A stretch of 64,000 bases of DNA from assembly GCA_002633005.1 (NCBI GenBank), contig NMRA01000798.1, positions 1-64,000 on the forward strand, given 5' to 3'. Shown piece after piece: positions 12,155 through 25,525 of the stretch (the stretch's first letter is position 1; each line of letters starts with the position of its first letter). Position numbers and translations under genes: made by a program. The notes beneath the pieces were generated by a model. The model worked only from the letters and a program-made list of their open reading frames with translations, was not told the DNA's origin and searched no databases. The stretch comes from Phoronis australis (lineage: Eukaryota; Animalia; Phoronida).

Positions 12155-13949
12155 TTTACTGCTAACAGCGGTCATTATAGGCGAAACAAAATTCTGCTTG
12201 ATTACTCTGCGTGTGCAAGTGCAGAGTACTATATAGTTCCTGTGTTTTCTTCAATTTTATTCTTATTACTCTGCGCGTGCAAGTGCAGAGTACTGTAGTT
12301 CCTGTGTTTTCTTCAATTTTATTATTATTACTCTGTGCGTGTAAGCGCAGAGCACTGTTGTTCCTGTGTCTTCTTCAATTTTATTCTGATTCTTATTCTT
12401 CCGACCAACTTTGCCATCTGATAACTTTGAAATGACTGCAGGTAACTTCAAGTTTGAGGTAGGCTATTTAGCAGAATATAAATTTTGATTCATTATATAA
12501 TCATATTCGATAATGCACCGGAAGAGGTCATTTGGTGCAAAGGTCGTACAATTTTCAAAATGCTACCATTTCTACAATTTTAAAGGATTTTTTATTCAAA
12601 TTTTGTGCACAAGTGTATTGCAACAAGACAATTAACATATTAATTACTTTTCTAAGTAATCGGGTCATCCAAACAGGTCAAAGGTCATGGGGTGCAAGGT
12701 AAAATTTTGAGCTAAACACTTCAAATGACATAGCTGATTGGAACGTGTAATTGAGTTCCAAATCCAAAGATTCAGGTTATTTCGTACAACCATGGGGTCA
12801 TTAGGTGCATTTTTCTTCTGAAATTTTGACCTTTTTATTCAACACATATTCTTATATGACAGCAGTTAAAACAACTGTGATTCTCAGCAGTAAAGACAGT
12901 TTTCATGGTCTTTGCAATAGTTTTACTAAAAGGACTTGTAATGCACTGGATAAGGTCAATTAGTGCAAAGGACGTCTACTTTTCAAGAGGTTATTTCTCC
13001 TACATTTGTCAAGGAATTCTCTTCAATTTCAGCACACTGGTGTAAACGTACATGCCAATCAAAATACCCTTCTCTACTAAGCAATAGGGCCATTTAATCA
13101 GAAGCAACAGGTCAAAGGTAATATAGTGCAAACTAAGGTTTTCAGCTAGACACTTCTAATTTACATATCTGTTTAGTAAATGCGATTTTTTGGGTTGTTT
13201 GGTGCAACCATGGGGTCATTAGGTGCATTTTTCTTGTGAAATTTTGACCTTTTTATTCTACACCTATTCTGATATGACAGCAGTTAGACAACTGAGATTC
13301 TCAGCAGTAAAGACAATTTTCATGGCTTTGCAATAGTTTTACTAAAAGGGCTTGTAATGCACTGGATAGTCAATTAGTGCAAAGGTCATCTACTGTTCAA
13401 AAGGTCATTTCTGCTATATTTTTCAAGGAATTCTCTTCAATTTCAGCACATTTGTTTTAAACCTACATGTCTATGGAATACCCTACCTTACTAAGCAATA
13501 AGGACATCCAATCAGAAACAATAGGTCAAAGGCCATTGAGTGCAAGCTAAGATTTTGAGCTAGACACTTCAAATTTACATACCTGTTTAGTAAATGCGAT
13601 TGAGTTTGAATTCTAAAGTTTCAAGTCATTTGGTGCAATCATGGGGTCATTTGGTGCATTTTTCTTCTGAAAGTTTGACCAATTCATTCATCTTCTATTC
13701 TAAAGTGCTTTGAGGTAAGACATCTGTAATTCTCAGCACCAATCACACTTATCATCGAGTTTACATTTCTTCCCTCATCAGGGCTCATAATGCACCAGCA
13801 AGGGTCAATTAGTGGAAAGGTCATCAAGTTATCAACATGTAATTTCTCCAATGGTAAACGGGTTGTTGTCAATAACTTTCCATAACATTCCAATAAAATG
13901 CATGCGCAGAGTCCATTATTGTCACACTGTTACAATAATCTCTTTAGTT
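12155..13949 (+). mobile_element. Helentron/HINE-like non-autonomous element carrying internal tandem arrays (~63 bp x3 at 12202-12395; ~420-430 bp x~3 at 12500-13850)
   Basis: Large units recur at 12787, 13206 and 13636. A 3' subterminal hairpin ATTATTGT..ACAATAAT (13915-13939) is followed by TAGTT. The class assignment is inferred. Confidence 0.5.
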
Positions 13950-15243
13950 ACATCTGTCCTTGTATTGTATGTTATGTGACATCTATAAAGCATGATTGTA
14001 TATTTCTGTTTCTATCGATATGTAGTGTTGACGTAAGTTCATTTTTATCTGATAAGATAAGTACATTAATGCGCTTAGGTCTTTTCTTTTTATGAATCTT
14101 GAGAGTAAGTTGAAGCCACACATAGTATAATATTTGAAACCTATGACAGTAGTTTTAGAGTTTTTGAATAGAGTGCATGTTCCTTAGTATACACAGTGCC
14201 ACTATTATTACTTACTATAGTGACCTTAGTGATGATCTACCTGGAGTTCACTGCTTAATTGTGAGGCTAAATTCACTCACCTAATGTCGTTTGTTGGAAT
14301 GCAATTACTTTTGACATTGTATTAAATCACTGAATGAACCTATGAAAAATATTAACGCAATTTCACATGTAGTTAAGATTGTCGTGGAAATATTTTCTCC
14401 ACCTCCGCTATTTGGCCCGTGTAATGTGAAAAATTTTGGTAATGAGGGGTAAGTAAAGGGTGGCGAGAGGTACACCTTGTTCATGTTTTGCTACTTAATT
14501 TTATACATTTATTGGCAGTTGAAAACTGTTAGCATTATGCTTGTGTTACCAGGAAGGTTAATTAAATGGGTCAAGCACGTATTTGTTTAATTTTCTTACA
14601 AACATGGCATCAGGTGTGATATATACTAGGTGTAGTTTTGTCATATAAACAAAGTCAATTTTGAAACAGTTACTCTCTGAACTCGGTCGGTACGTACCTG
14701 GCCTGAGTTCAGTAACGCTAGGACCTCCGGCGCTAAAACTGAACCAAGACTTTGTGAGATTACGTGACATATTGACGTATTTTTAATGAGAATATGTGAT
14801 TTTAGCTAGATTTTAGTAAAGTCCTAGCGTTATTGAAATCTATCTTATTCCTACTGCGTTACATAAAACCGCGAACTCAACTCGACGGTAAATCACACGG
14901 TACTAGTCGCGTAAAACCTATACAGACCTGCGCAAATTAAGAGCGAAACTAGTACTTTTGCTGGGGGGTGTCAAGCGTATTTTTGCCCTACATTTTGGTA
15001 CGCCTGCCCTACAAATTCTCTGAAAGACTATATGGAGCAGTTAGCTGAATTAAAACAATAAATCAAGAAATAACAACGATGAAATATTTTACAGTAATGT
15101 ACTAGTTTACACCTACCTTCAGTGTGAGGTACTTCACGGAAAGCATCTGGTTACAATTTCCCTGATAAGCTCAGTCAAAAATCCCAATATCAAAACATTT
15201 AATGCAAGAAAACATACAGTCGAAGAGTCAAACAAAAGGGTTT

Positions 15244-15377
15244 CATGGGCGGATCCAGGATTTTGAGTTGGGGGGCAGGGCAGAGTATTAGCCAGGATTC
15301 TGCACAGTCAGACATTCGCACCCCCCAACTGCCAAATGTAATCTGGGGGGCATGCCCCCCCTCTAAATCTGCCACTG
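15244..15377. mobile_element. Short CA..TG MITE (reverse-orientation relative at 28602-28758)
   Basis: CATGGGCGGATCCAG..TAAATCTGCCACTG; near-identical 5-bp flanks GGTTT/AGTTT. Confidence 0.7.
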
Positions 15378-15714
15378 AGTTTACTAAACGTTACTATCTT
15401 CAGCTAGAGTTCGATATCGTTTTTTCAAAGACCTATAGACTTTTGAGAAGTTATTGAAACATTACAGACTCGCGATGTTTATCTTTCAGCTTCATGATCT
15501 TTTTTTTACTCCAGACGTCGATTATAGTCTCAACGCTCATGGCATCTGTCAAATCCCTTTCAGTTGCATGAATTTGCCCAGTCACAGTTGAACGGAGGAA
15601 ATTTTTGATGACGTTGATAAAGCCTTAGCAAATCTAACAGTAGTTACATGATTTTATACAACCTTAACCCAATGCACGCACAACCATATGGGATGTAATT
15701 TAACGTGCTAATTA

Positions 15715-16240
15715 CATGACAGCGTTTCTCCCGTTCAGTGACTACCAGACGAAGGGGTTTCTGAGCGTGTGATAACATGTAATTGCTTTGTTAACTGCCA
15801 AGCAGAGTCTTTTTGTCTGTTATGACAACAGGCACGCCAATTATCTACCAGGCTTATTATAGACCACGTATAAACACCGTCAAACCCAGAGTACATTCGG
15901 AAAGAATACATTATGGTAACTTCGGTTGCAGTTGGGCGATTTTGGCGATTCAAAAACTAAACATGGTCACCATTTGACGAGGATTTCAGAAATGCTATTG
16001 GTTTATGTTCAAATATGTTATAACTTAACTTTCATTTTTAACAGCACAGCCCAGTCAGGCTAGATGTGATCTTATTGAAGATTAGAGCAATTATCAAACA
16101 AAAGAGAGCTGGCCCTCCAAACATTAATGCCAGAATGGAGTTAATCAGTCCTGTAAGAAATTGACTACAGAGGTAAACTTCCCAAGTTGTTGTTGGGCTA
16201 TAGAATCGAACAAGTTGGGAGCAACGGGAAAACGCCGTAA
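15715..16240 (+). repeat. Diverged direct repeat of 19668-20020
   Basis: Shared TCTCCCGTTCAGTGAC..AACTGCCAAGCA..GGCGATTTTGGCGATTCA..ATGCCAGAATGGAGTTAATCAG..TAGAATCGAACAAGTTGGGA; this copy has an extra ~175 bp. Confidence 0.8.
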
Positions 16241-16478
16241 TGAAAAGCGTATGATATTCCTGATATTCACTTTTTTCCAAATCCTGTTGATGATGAAACA
16301 ATGCATTACCTCCATGTTAATTAACGTGTTGTCGGTGACACCTTCTTCGTGGACATTCAGTGGGTAACTGTGAACACAGGTTGATCAGAATCGTGTTGAG
16401 TCTTGTTTTGAAACGGAAGTCGCCTGCATGTTTGTGCACGGGACAGAAACCATAGATATCACCTATAGAATGATGTCT

Positions 16479-18775
16479 TAGTCAGGTTAACGGTTGTGTA
16501 ATTTTGTTGGAATTTTTTGGGGAAAGTGGAAACTATGCATTTTTGGAAACCTCATGGAATGGCAAATCAGAAAATAATTGATTCCATTTTTGGCGACCAT
16601 CTTAGTCAGTGGACATCTTGGATTTTCAAAAATGGCACCGGTAAAATGGATTTTGCCCAATATCTCCGCTTTTGAGTACTTAGATTGTTGGTTTTTACGG
16701 CTACACCTGCATTTCTTAGGTCAAGGAATTGGAAATTTTAATTTTTGGCGGCCATCTCGGATTTTTAAAAATGGCGCCCGTAAAATACATTTTCCTCAGT
16801 ATCTTTGCTCTTGGGTGACTTAGAATGTTAGTTTTAATGGCTGCACGCACATTTTTGTGGTCAAGAAATCTGAAAATGCAACTTATTAAATGTGAAACAT
16901 AATCAAAACTCCACTTATTAGCAGCCACGTTTTCTAAATGAATTCTTCATGTAATCCAACACATATGATCACTATCTTACTTTCTTGTATATTTTGTTCG
17001 GAGCTTGCTTCGTTCAAGACACTTACTAAACAAGTACCTAAACAACGTTTGCAGAACATGAAAGCATGCTTTTTGTATTGTCAAAAGTTTTTCAAAACTT
17101 TGAAATCAGTCTATAGATCATTACTACCGTCATCTCTGTCATCACTCATTGTCACCACGAATCACATCATCATTGCCATTCTGACATTCTGCACTACACT
17201 GACACAGATCTGTGGAAGGTAGGTTCTTCGATAGGGAAGAGCATCTTTGCACTGGCATCTAACCATCTCAGTGATAGCCTCTGGCCCCGGAAGCACCTCA
17301 GTTATGAGGGTTTCAGCTGGTTATCTTTGTCCTTGTAAATTCATTCTGCAATGGGTTAAGGAATTCCTGTCGAGCAATGACTGCCTGGCCCCACACTCTG
17401 GCTTGAATAAACACCCTCAGCACATGCTGTTTCAAAGCACCAATGGTTGGTGGACGTTTGTCGCTGTCAGCCATATGTTTACAGAAGAGGTACCATCTCA
17501 GCTATGGAATGCTATTTGTGTCTATATCCTATGGTGAATATGCACATGAAAAAAGGGGGCTAATATGAAAAGAGGTTCACATGTTACTTCATAAGCAGTA
17601 CAAAGAGTCTGCAATGCATTGATGTCATCAGTATGTGCCTTCGAATATTCAACCTACAGAATGTGTACCAGTGTTGTCTGTCCATGTAAAAGCATGGAAA
17701 GCCGGAAGAGCCTTGCCCGGGGAGCATCTGATGTTGTCCATATTGGATTATCGTCCACAATCCCAGATGCCATGGGGACTGAAGTATTTCTGAGAAGCTT
17801 GTCATAATAGGCAATGGCGAGTACTAGTACATCTAGGTCAGCCTGAGATAAAAAAAAACATCAGCTGAGAATCAGGGACATTTTGATGTGATGCCAAAAC
17901 TGCATGATATATTATCAATATGTCTGCTTTTTCTTGATTGTTTTCTTTTACGCGTAGATCGGTTGCTCTTTGTGTATCCCGAAGCTGAAGTAATGGCTAT
18001 CCTGGCAGAGTCTTTGCTATATTCACGTGTCTTTGCAGAGAGATGTTCATGGGAGAGGAAACGGTTTATTGGGATGTTCTGTTTGTAAGTCTCATCTCTG
18101 GTACTCAGTGTACTTGACCCTTTCTCTGCCTCCTTTTTTCTCTTGTGGCTTGTTTCAAAGAGTTGTCTTTATGGGTGTCAAAAACCAGAATGATATCGTC
18201 ATAATTTCTAGTTAAGTACATCACTTCCATACTACCCACACGTGCAGTTTTGTGGGTTGGGTGAACACACTCAGTGGCTGTTCTTTATATGTTTTCTGGA
18301 TCTAAAATCTCTTGCAACTTGAGGACTGTCCTGTTCTAAGACGTCTGCTTCGGAAAGTTTCTGCAGAATGTGGATCGATTCGACTTGCCTGTGCATGATA
18401 GCATTCAGCCATTATAACTAACATTTTAAGTGACCCAAGAGCAGAGATACTGAGCAAAATGTATTTTACGGGCGCCATTTTTGAAATTCCAAGATGGCCG
18501 CTAATAAAATTAAATTTCCAATTCACTGACCTGAGAACTGTAGGTGTAGCCATAACAACTAACATTCTCAGGGACCCAAGGGTGGATATATTGGGAAAAA
18601 TCTATTTTCCCGGCGCCATTTTTGAAAATCCAAGATGGCCGCCAAGATGGCCACCAAAAATGGAAATAATTATTTTCTGATTCGTCATTCCATGGGGTTT
18701 CCAAAAATGTATAGTTTCCACTTTCCCCCAAAAATTCCAACAAATATTAAAGTTTGGACTTAGTGAACATGACTA
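16479..18775 (-). mobile_element. Decayed AcademX-like DNA transposon with long TIRs and pseudogenised coding remnants
   Basis: Termini TAGTCAGGTT / AACATGACTA; ~350-bp inverted arms with CAAGATGGCCGCC modules. Minus-strand fragments DLDVLVLAIAYY, KALPAFHAFTWTDNTG, LRWYLFCKHMA.SDK.PPTIGALKQHVLR and EMVRCQCK..TDLCQCSAECQN resemble an XPG/FEN1-like nuclease plus Cys-rich CXC tail, with stops and frameshifts. Confidence 0.72.
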
Positions 18776-21700
18776 TGACAGGAACGCTCCCACGATCATG
18801 GCGGTAAGCCACGATGCCGTTTCTGTATGCCGTCCGTCTTCTCGAGTGCCAGAGGCGCGTCAAAAAATCAAATTAAACCTTGTTTTCCGTCGGCTTGAGG
18901 TTTCTTGCAAATAAAAAGGAACAGCGAAGCCCGATGATACAAATCATATTATAGTATGTCGAAAAAGCATACCGAGAATCAATGAAGATAGTCCGCATGA
19001 TACAACCTTTTGCATAATTTCTAGGCTCGAAAGCCTCAATGTTTGAATGTGACTGTTTGCCCAATTTATCTTCTGTCGTTGCCCTACTTTTTCTGCTGTT
19101 GACCCACTAAATCAAAAATTCTTGGTTGGGGGGGAGGGGGGGAGGTCACTAAACCCTGACACCCCCTGGACACACGGTTCTTGAGTTTACCACGCATTTG
19201 ATTGGGAGACTAGCTAGGCAGAATTTGCACACCTGCAGAGCCTTGTTTCGGTATTTCTGGTAACACGTTTCATTGGCAAAGTCAATATTGTCTCGCGGTG
19301 CGCAGTTTTCGATGATTGTGCGTGTGGCTGTATCTGCTGAAGCTCGCCCACCTGCACTTATAAGAGAAACTTAGACCTGTGTGCAAAACACTTAGTGAGT
19401 CAGCGAATTTCTTTTGAAAAAAAAAACATTATGCCCAGCAAAATCGCAAACTTCAAACTTTAGCGGCGGCGATTAACCGGACCCGCGCACTGAAGCAATC
19501 AGTGAACGTCATTCTCTCCATGCCTTCATGTGTACTTAAGACACTAAATTATCGTAAAACGAAACATCATGAACAAATACCAAAACTAAAGGATTCAACC
19601 AAAGCACGAGCCAAAACAATGAGGATTTCCAAAGGATGCTGTAATGTTTTAGCAGTACTAATAACCTGCATGACGGTGTTCTCCCGTTCAGTGACTTTAA
19701 CAGACGTAGAGGGTTGTGAGCGTGTGAAAACATCTAGCCCCTTTATTAACTGCCAAGCACAGTCTTTTGTCTGGTTTGACAACAGGCAGGCCATTGTCTA
19801 CCAGTCTTATTACATATCACGTGTTAACACAATCAAACCCAGAGCGAATTGGCACGTTCGGAAAGAATAGATTGTCGTACCTTCGGTTTTAGGTGGGCGA
19901 TTTTGGCGATTCAGATATGCCAGAATGGAGTTAATCAGTTGGATACAGGGGTCTTCTTCCCAACTTGTTGTTGGGTTATAGAATCGAACAAGTTGGGATC
20001 AAAGGGAAAACGCCGTAATGTGGTTTTGGATTCCGGTTTGCTTTACTTTGAATGACGTGTAGGCCTACAAGGTGTATAAAATGTCAATTTGTGCGTGAAC
20101 TCAATTGTTCTTAATGAACAGGGATTTCGAATTTAGTTAATACCCTAGATTTTGGTATATCGGAGTGATTAACTTCTGAGGATCGTTACAAAAGACCTTG
20201 CTTTTGTTTTGAACAAGGGTACTTGGCATGTACGGAAATTATGAGCCTACAGTACACGCCATTGTTGGTTTACGTAGTAAGTGATATATTGGAAACGCCT
20301 CTCAGTATGCCCAGAATTTTACGATGACACTTGTCTTTCCCCAATTCCCAACGAACTATGTCTAACGTCACAGTAGTCAGAATGGTAAGAGCGGAAGGGT
20401 TATAGAATATTTCTATGAGAAAACTTGACACCGTTCTGGAACAGCTGCCGTTTTTTTAATTTTTGAATTGTTCGAAATCAAATGAGGTTTGAGAGTGATC
20501 CTGTTCTGTCAGGTAGAATGCCAACGCCCTTAGTGTTAGTTTTGACTGCTATACTCTGCCAGATAACGTCAATTGAGAAAGATCATATGGTGCTAGAAAG
20601 TTACATAGCAAGACTGCATGCGTTTCTCTGCTTTAAAGCCGATTTTCCATTTTGCGCACACAATTTAGATGTGTAAAAGCTTGGTAATTGTAATTGCAGT
20701 GATATTTGAATGGAAGTTATGTTTCGGGACTGGGTAGAAGAGGGGCGCGTGTTTGTGTAAAAAGGGGTGTTCAGGTACTCCAGAAGTGGAAAGTCATTTA
20801 CTGCTGTAAAGAGAGCTGAGGCCTAGGATAGGCCTTCTCCTGCTTTCTTGATGATTCAACCAGTGGCCGACACGTGTAGGGAGAATACACCGTAAACATG
20901 GCAATAACACGACTGAATGGACAGGATTGAAGACGTGAGGAAATCAGACCTGAGTTGATCATGCGCGCACTCAGAGGGGGGGGGGGNCGAGCCCCCCCCA
21001 TTTGGCGAAGTGGTCAAAAAGATCCGACATGCTTTGAACGTCAACACAGCATTCATATATGAAACTTTTTACGGCGGCAATAAGTTTATACAGCACAGCA
21101 GTTTTTCGACAAGTCTGTTTAGTTAACCCATATCATATCCAGAATTAAAAGGTTCAGAAAAAGCACAATCGAGTCGCAAAACCAGCAAAAATGGCCACTA
21201 AGTGGCGTAAAGTACCTCCATTCCATCCGAAAACAGAAAAGCGTCATCTCACTAATAGATGCCTATATTCCAAATTTTATGAAAATCCATAAAGGACTTT
21301 GCTAAATTTAGCAAAGATCTTGCAAACGGTTTAGTAGGCCTAGAGACAGACATGGGCGCAAAAGAAAAACAAAACTGCCACTAGGAGGTACCACAGTAGT
21401 CGAAGTCATCGGAAAATCATCATGAGTTACCCTCTTCATAGTAAGAACTTACATGCCAATTTTCACATACCGTGGTCTTACTATCAACGTGCCTTTGTTT
21501 TTTTTTTTTGCAAAATATGTCATTTTTGAGGGATTGGGCCTTGAAACTATGTGTAAAATAGTGTACATAAATAAATACAGTTGTCTGGGTGACTGGCGTG
21601 TAGAGTTTTCACTTCGCTTTTGCAAGTCAAACCAGTGTTAGATGATATTTTGATTCCTCAAAACCGGTAACTGTCAAGTTGTTTACAGCTGAACGGCACC

Positions 21701-24700
21701 ATATCTTTGGCTCTGGTGTCATTCGTTTTAATGGTCGTGGATCACCTTTGGTACACTGCAACTGCTCGCGACGTCAGGTCCCGCATGTTAATGGTATACT
21801 AGTCAGCCAAAGTCCACTTTTTCGACGAATGGCAAGACGCTAAAAATTTACAATAAGGTTAAAATGAACCCAATCCTTTAGTAGCGATAAACCCTGTATG
21901 ACCTGAATTAAAAACAACAAGTGAGAAAGAGTGTCTACCGAGTTTATGAAATCATGGTATTCTTACTTTGGAAGGTTTGCAAGTTTAAAAATCCATATTT
22001 ATGTTCGGAATATGTCCCGAAAAAAATAGGTGCGTCGCAAGCTCCGTTTCCAGAGATACAAAGGAGACCATGTATAGGCGATATAAGGTCATTTATTATG
22101 ACTGATAAGGTACAGAAATATGGGTGTACAAATAACATAAAGATAAAATAATAATCTTTGGAAAGATGAGCAATAAAAAGCGCCAGCACTCAGGTAAGAG
22201 GAACTACCCAAAAGAGAGGGTGGTAGAGGGTGAGAAAAAATGAAGAGAGATTAGACTCGAACCTAAGTGCTGCTAAAGCGAAGTACTGATGGCAGGAAAT
22301 ATAGTGACTTTACTGAGAACAAAGGAGCCCTATGACACGTGACAATCATCAGCCTATGGGAGCCAGGAGCTGACCAAACTCGTGACACATGACACAAACG
22401 AACCAATAGTGAGGCTGGAAATGGAATGTCCTGGTGCCTCGAGTGCAGGAGGACCGGATGCGAATCTACACAAGCGGTTAATGGACCAGTGCGAAAGATG
22501 GGGGTATAAGTGGGATGAGTCCATATTCTCACATAAATATATTTAACGAGTGAAATATCATTTATGTTCGGAATGTGTCCCGAAAATAATACGTGCGTCG
22601 CAAGCTCCGTTTCCAGAGATGTGTGTATAGGCGGTATAAGGTCATTTATTATGACTGATAAGGTACAGAAACATGAATGTGCAAATAACATAAAGATAAA
22701 ATAATAATCTCTGGAAAGATGGGCAATAAAAAGCGCCACGAACATAAATTCAACCAAGTCAACGAAATGCAACTATGATAGCAAGTTGTTACACAATCCA
22801 AATCAATAAACCCGCGTTTTAGAGATACTGAATACAGAAAGAGTGTTCTCAATAGATAATCGTGCCACAAGTGGTCCTGCAGTGAAGAAACCTGAGAGAT
22901 TTTAGTGGAAATTGCATATGAACGGATACTTTCAAAACTAAACCTCATGAGGGCTACAACGAAGTTAGATAAAGGTCGTTCGTCAATCTTGATTCGTAAA
23001 TAGAGATTTCCCTGAGAGGTCGTGGTTCCTCAAAGGCTGGCGTTTTTGTTGCAAGTCTGTCAACTTTCAACGTCGTTTCTTTCGATTTAGTACAACTTGT
23101 ACTGGTTTCCACTACCAGCCCGTTTACTCCATGATTAACGCGAACCCCGCCGGCCGTATCATCAGAATATCCATAGGCGAAAGTGATATGTACAGTGTTG
23201 CTATAAATCTGTCTAAATATTAGAGTAAACCCGTATAATTGCATGTGCGAGTTTTCTATTTCCCTTGCTAAAACGAGCCCTAAAATTAAAAAAAAAAACA
23301 AAAAAAAAACAGACCCACCTGTACAACGTAGGAAGCTCATTTATATTGAGAAATAACTGTATTTGTGTCTTCACACACGCCACTATGATGGTCACATCAC
23401 GAGAGTACTTGTGCCACGCATGCAACTTGTTACTGTGACACAATTCACGTTTTCTATGTAATTTACAAAAAAATGATTATCAAGAAATTGTGTAAAATTT
23501 GGGTCTTTGTTGCAATACTGTATTTGTCTAAGGTTACAGTCAACGTGCAGGACTTTTGTCAGACTTGAATGTGACATTGCGCCTAGTCGCTAGTTATTTG
23601 TGAATGATGCACTTACGTAGTAAGATGCTGCGATTTGGAGCAACATCTGTGGAGTTTTTGCTGATATTTAGCTAGAATTGAAATGGATTATAGTCGAAAA
23701 GAAATGAGTATTCGTAGCAGTTTTGCGTCCCGAAACCCAAATTTTGTGGTTGTCCAGTTTTTTTTTTGGAAACTACATTATGCTAGTCTTTGCATCTTTG
23801 CACACTATGTTGTAATGTGATTTGCTGATATGCTTGAGAACATAAAAATAAACCTTTCCATACGGATATTGTTGTTATAGCAACGTTACATGCGTTTTAA
23901 TCAATATTTTAAAAAATTATCCACCATTTCGTTCTAATGTCCACAAGGTCCTCTTGCAAAAACATAAAAACATGATTTGTTTTGTGTGACTAGCTCTCCC
24001 AAAATGTGCTCATAACTCGAGGATTACATTGTTTTGTATGACATTGAAGTCACATAAAAGCCAAACATTTTATAAAACCCTGAAAACGTCCAATCAAATA
24101 TTGCTTAAAAGCACAACTTAAACTTGGAATTATTTTAAAAAAGACCGCTAATGTGTTCAGAGTAGTCTCAACAACAGAAACAATTGCTTTTACAATGCTC
24201 TGTAATTTGCCTCACAAAATACTTTTTTTTATGAAAAGGCAAAACAACTATTTGAAGGTTAAGAAGACAACGCCCTACTTAACCAGAGAACGCTTGCTTT
24301 CCAACAAGTCTTTTGTAAAGGGAAAATAGAATTATTCAAGTTTAAGTAGACGCGTGCCCTGCTTAAACATGGAATTGGGTAAAAAGTAAGCGCTAACGTA
24401 TTTAGTGGAGTCTCGTGATATGAAAAAAATGTTCTTTGTGTTTTTTATTCTGTCAAAAAGTTTACTTTGACACATATTTTTGTAAAGCGAAAAAAGTATT
24501 ATTCCAAATTTAAGCATGGGGCGTGGTCTGCTAAACTTGGTAATGGGTAGAAAACAATAACGGAATGTGATAAAAGATAGAATCAAGAATAAAAATAAAT
24601 CCTTATCAAATTTATTGTAACACTTTGTAGAATGTTCAGTTCATTGTTGAGGATTTGTTCCGACGCCGGGTGCCTTTATTTTTGACATGAGGCATGACGT

Positions 24701-25311
24701 CATATTCCCTGGTGCTTGCAGTGTAAAAATAGCCAGTTACCGATTTGGGAAACTGAATGAAGGATTGCTCGAATTCGCGAAAAAAGTTTGATTACGGAAG
24801 TATGTTCTCGAAAAGCTTCCTGCGTATAAAGGCTCTATAGGAGCTTAACCGCCTCAACTGTCAAGTAGAGTGGTTGCAAGTCTCGTACCTGTAGGTTTGA
24901 TAATATTTTTCTTACATTTTATTGATGGAATTAAATAAAAATCAACAGAAAAGTATTTAAATGTGTTCATTTTCACCGCAAGCAATAACTACTCATTACA
25001 TAATGCGGACTGATAGTCGATCAATAGATGTTGACCTTGGTTTAGATTTCTGTGATAAATTGCCCGAAACTGATTTAGGGAGTTTTCGAGTATGATATTG
25101 CGTGAGAGTCTTTCAGGTATGAATTTTGTTATGATATTTTACGTGTTTTCTTTATTTATTTTTAATCAAGAAATAAACGCAAATTTTAAAAAAATAAAAT
25201 TTTGTGATGTCACTATAGTGGTACTCCGGTCTCCGACACTGTATTGTTCTACATCAGTTGTGAGCCGAAAAGAATCGAATGTTGCTTGAGACTGAGCCTC
25301 AGACGAGTATT

Positions 25312-25525
25312 ATGAAAAGGTGAGTGTGCTGAGGATGCAGTGACAGTAATCGGACAGACAATATTTCAGTTGTTCTGTTCCCAAAAGATTCTAAGATCGC
25401 CCAGAAATGGCACAGGTTCGTGCGTCGGACACGGCCAGTCAGTATGGCAGTACACGGCGAAGCAAGGAATCTGTTCAAGGGCCATGCTGTGCTTAGCCCA
25501 TTTTGAAGAATCTTGCTTTGACCCG
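25312..25525 (+). pseudogene. Degenerate THAP zinc-finger coding remnant (transposase-derived)
   Basis: MKR*VC*GCSDSN..LFPKD..AQKWHRFVRRTR then, after a frameshift, AMLCLAHFEESCFD: the C2CH THAP pattern with in-frame stops. Confidence 0.7.

Noticed and set aside
22263-23340. Longer ORFs in the track (22263-22772, 22954-23340; likewise 4676-5098, 33284-33664, 35413-35919, 51937-52356)
   Set aside because: They lie in repeats or antisense to real exons and show no recognisable domain; likely spurious.
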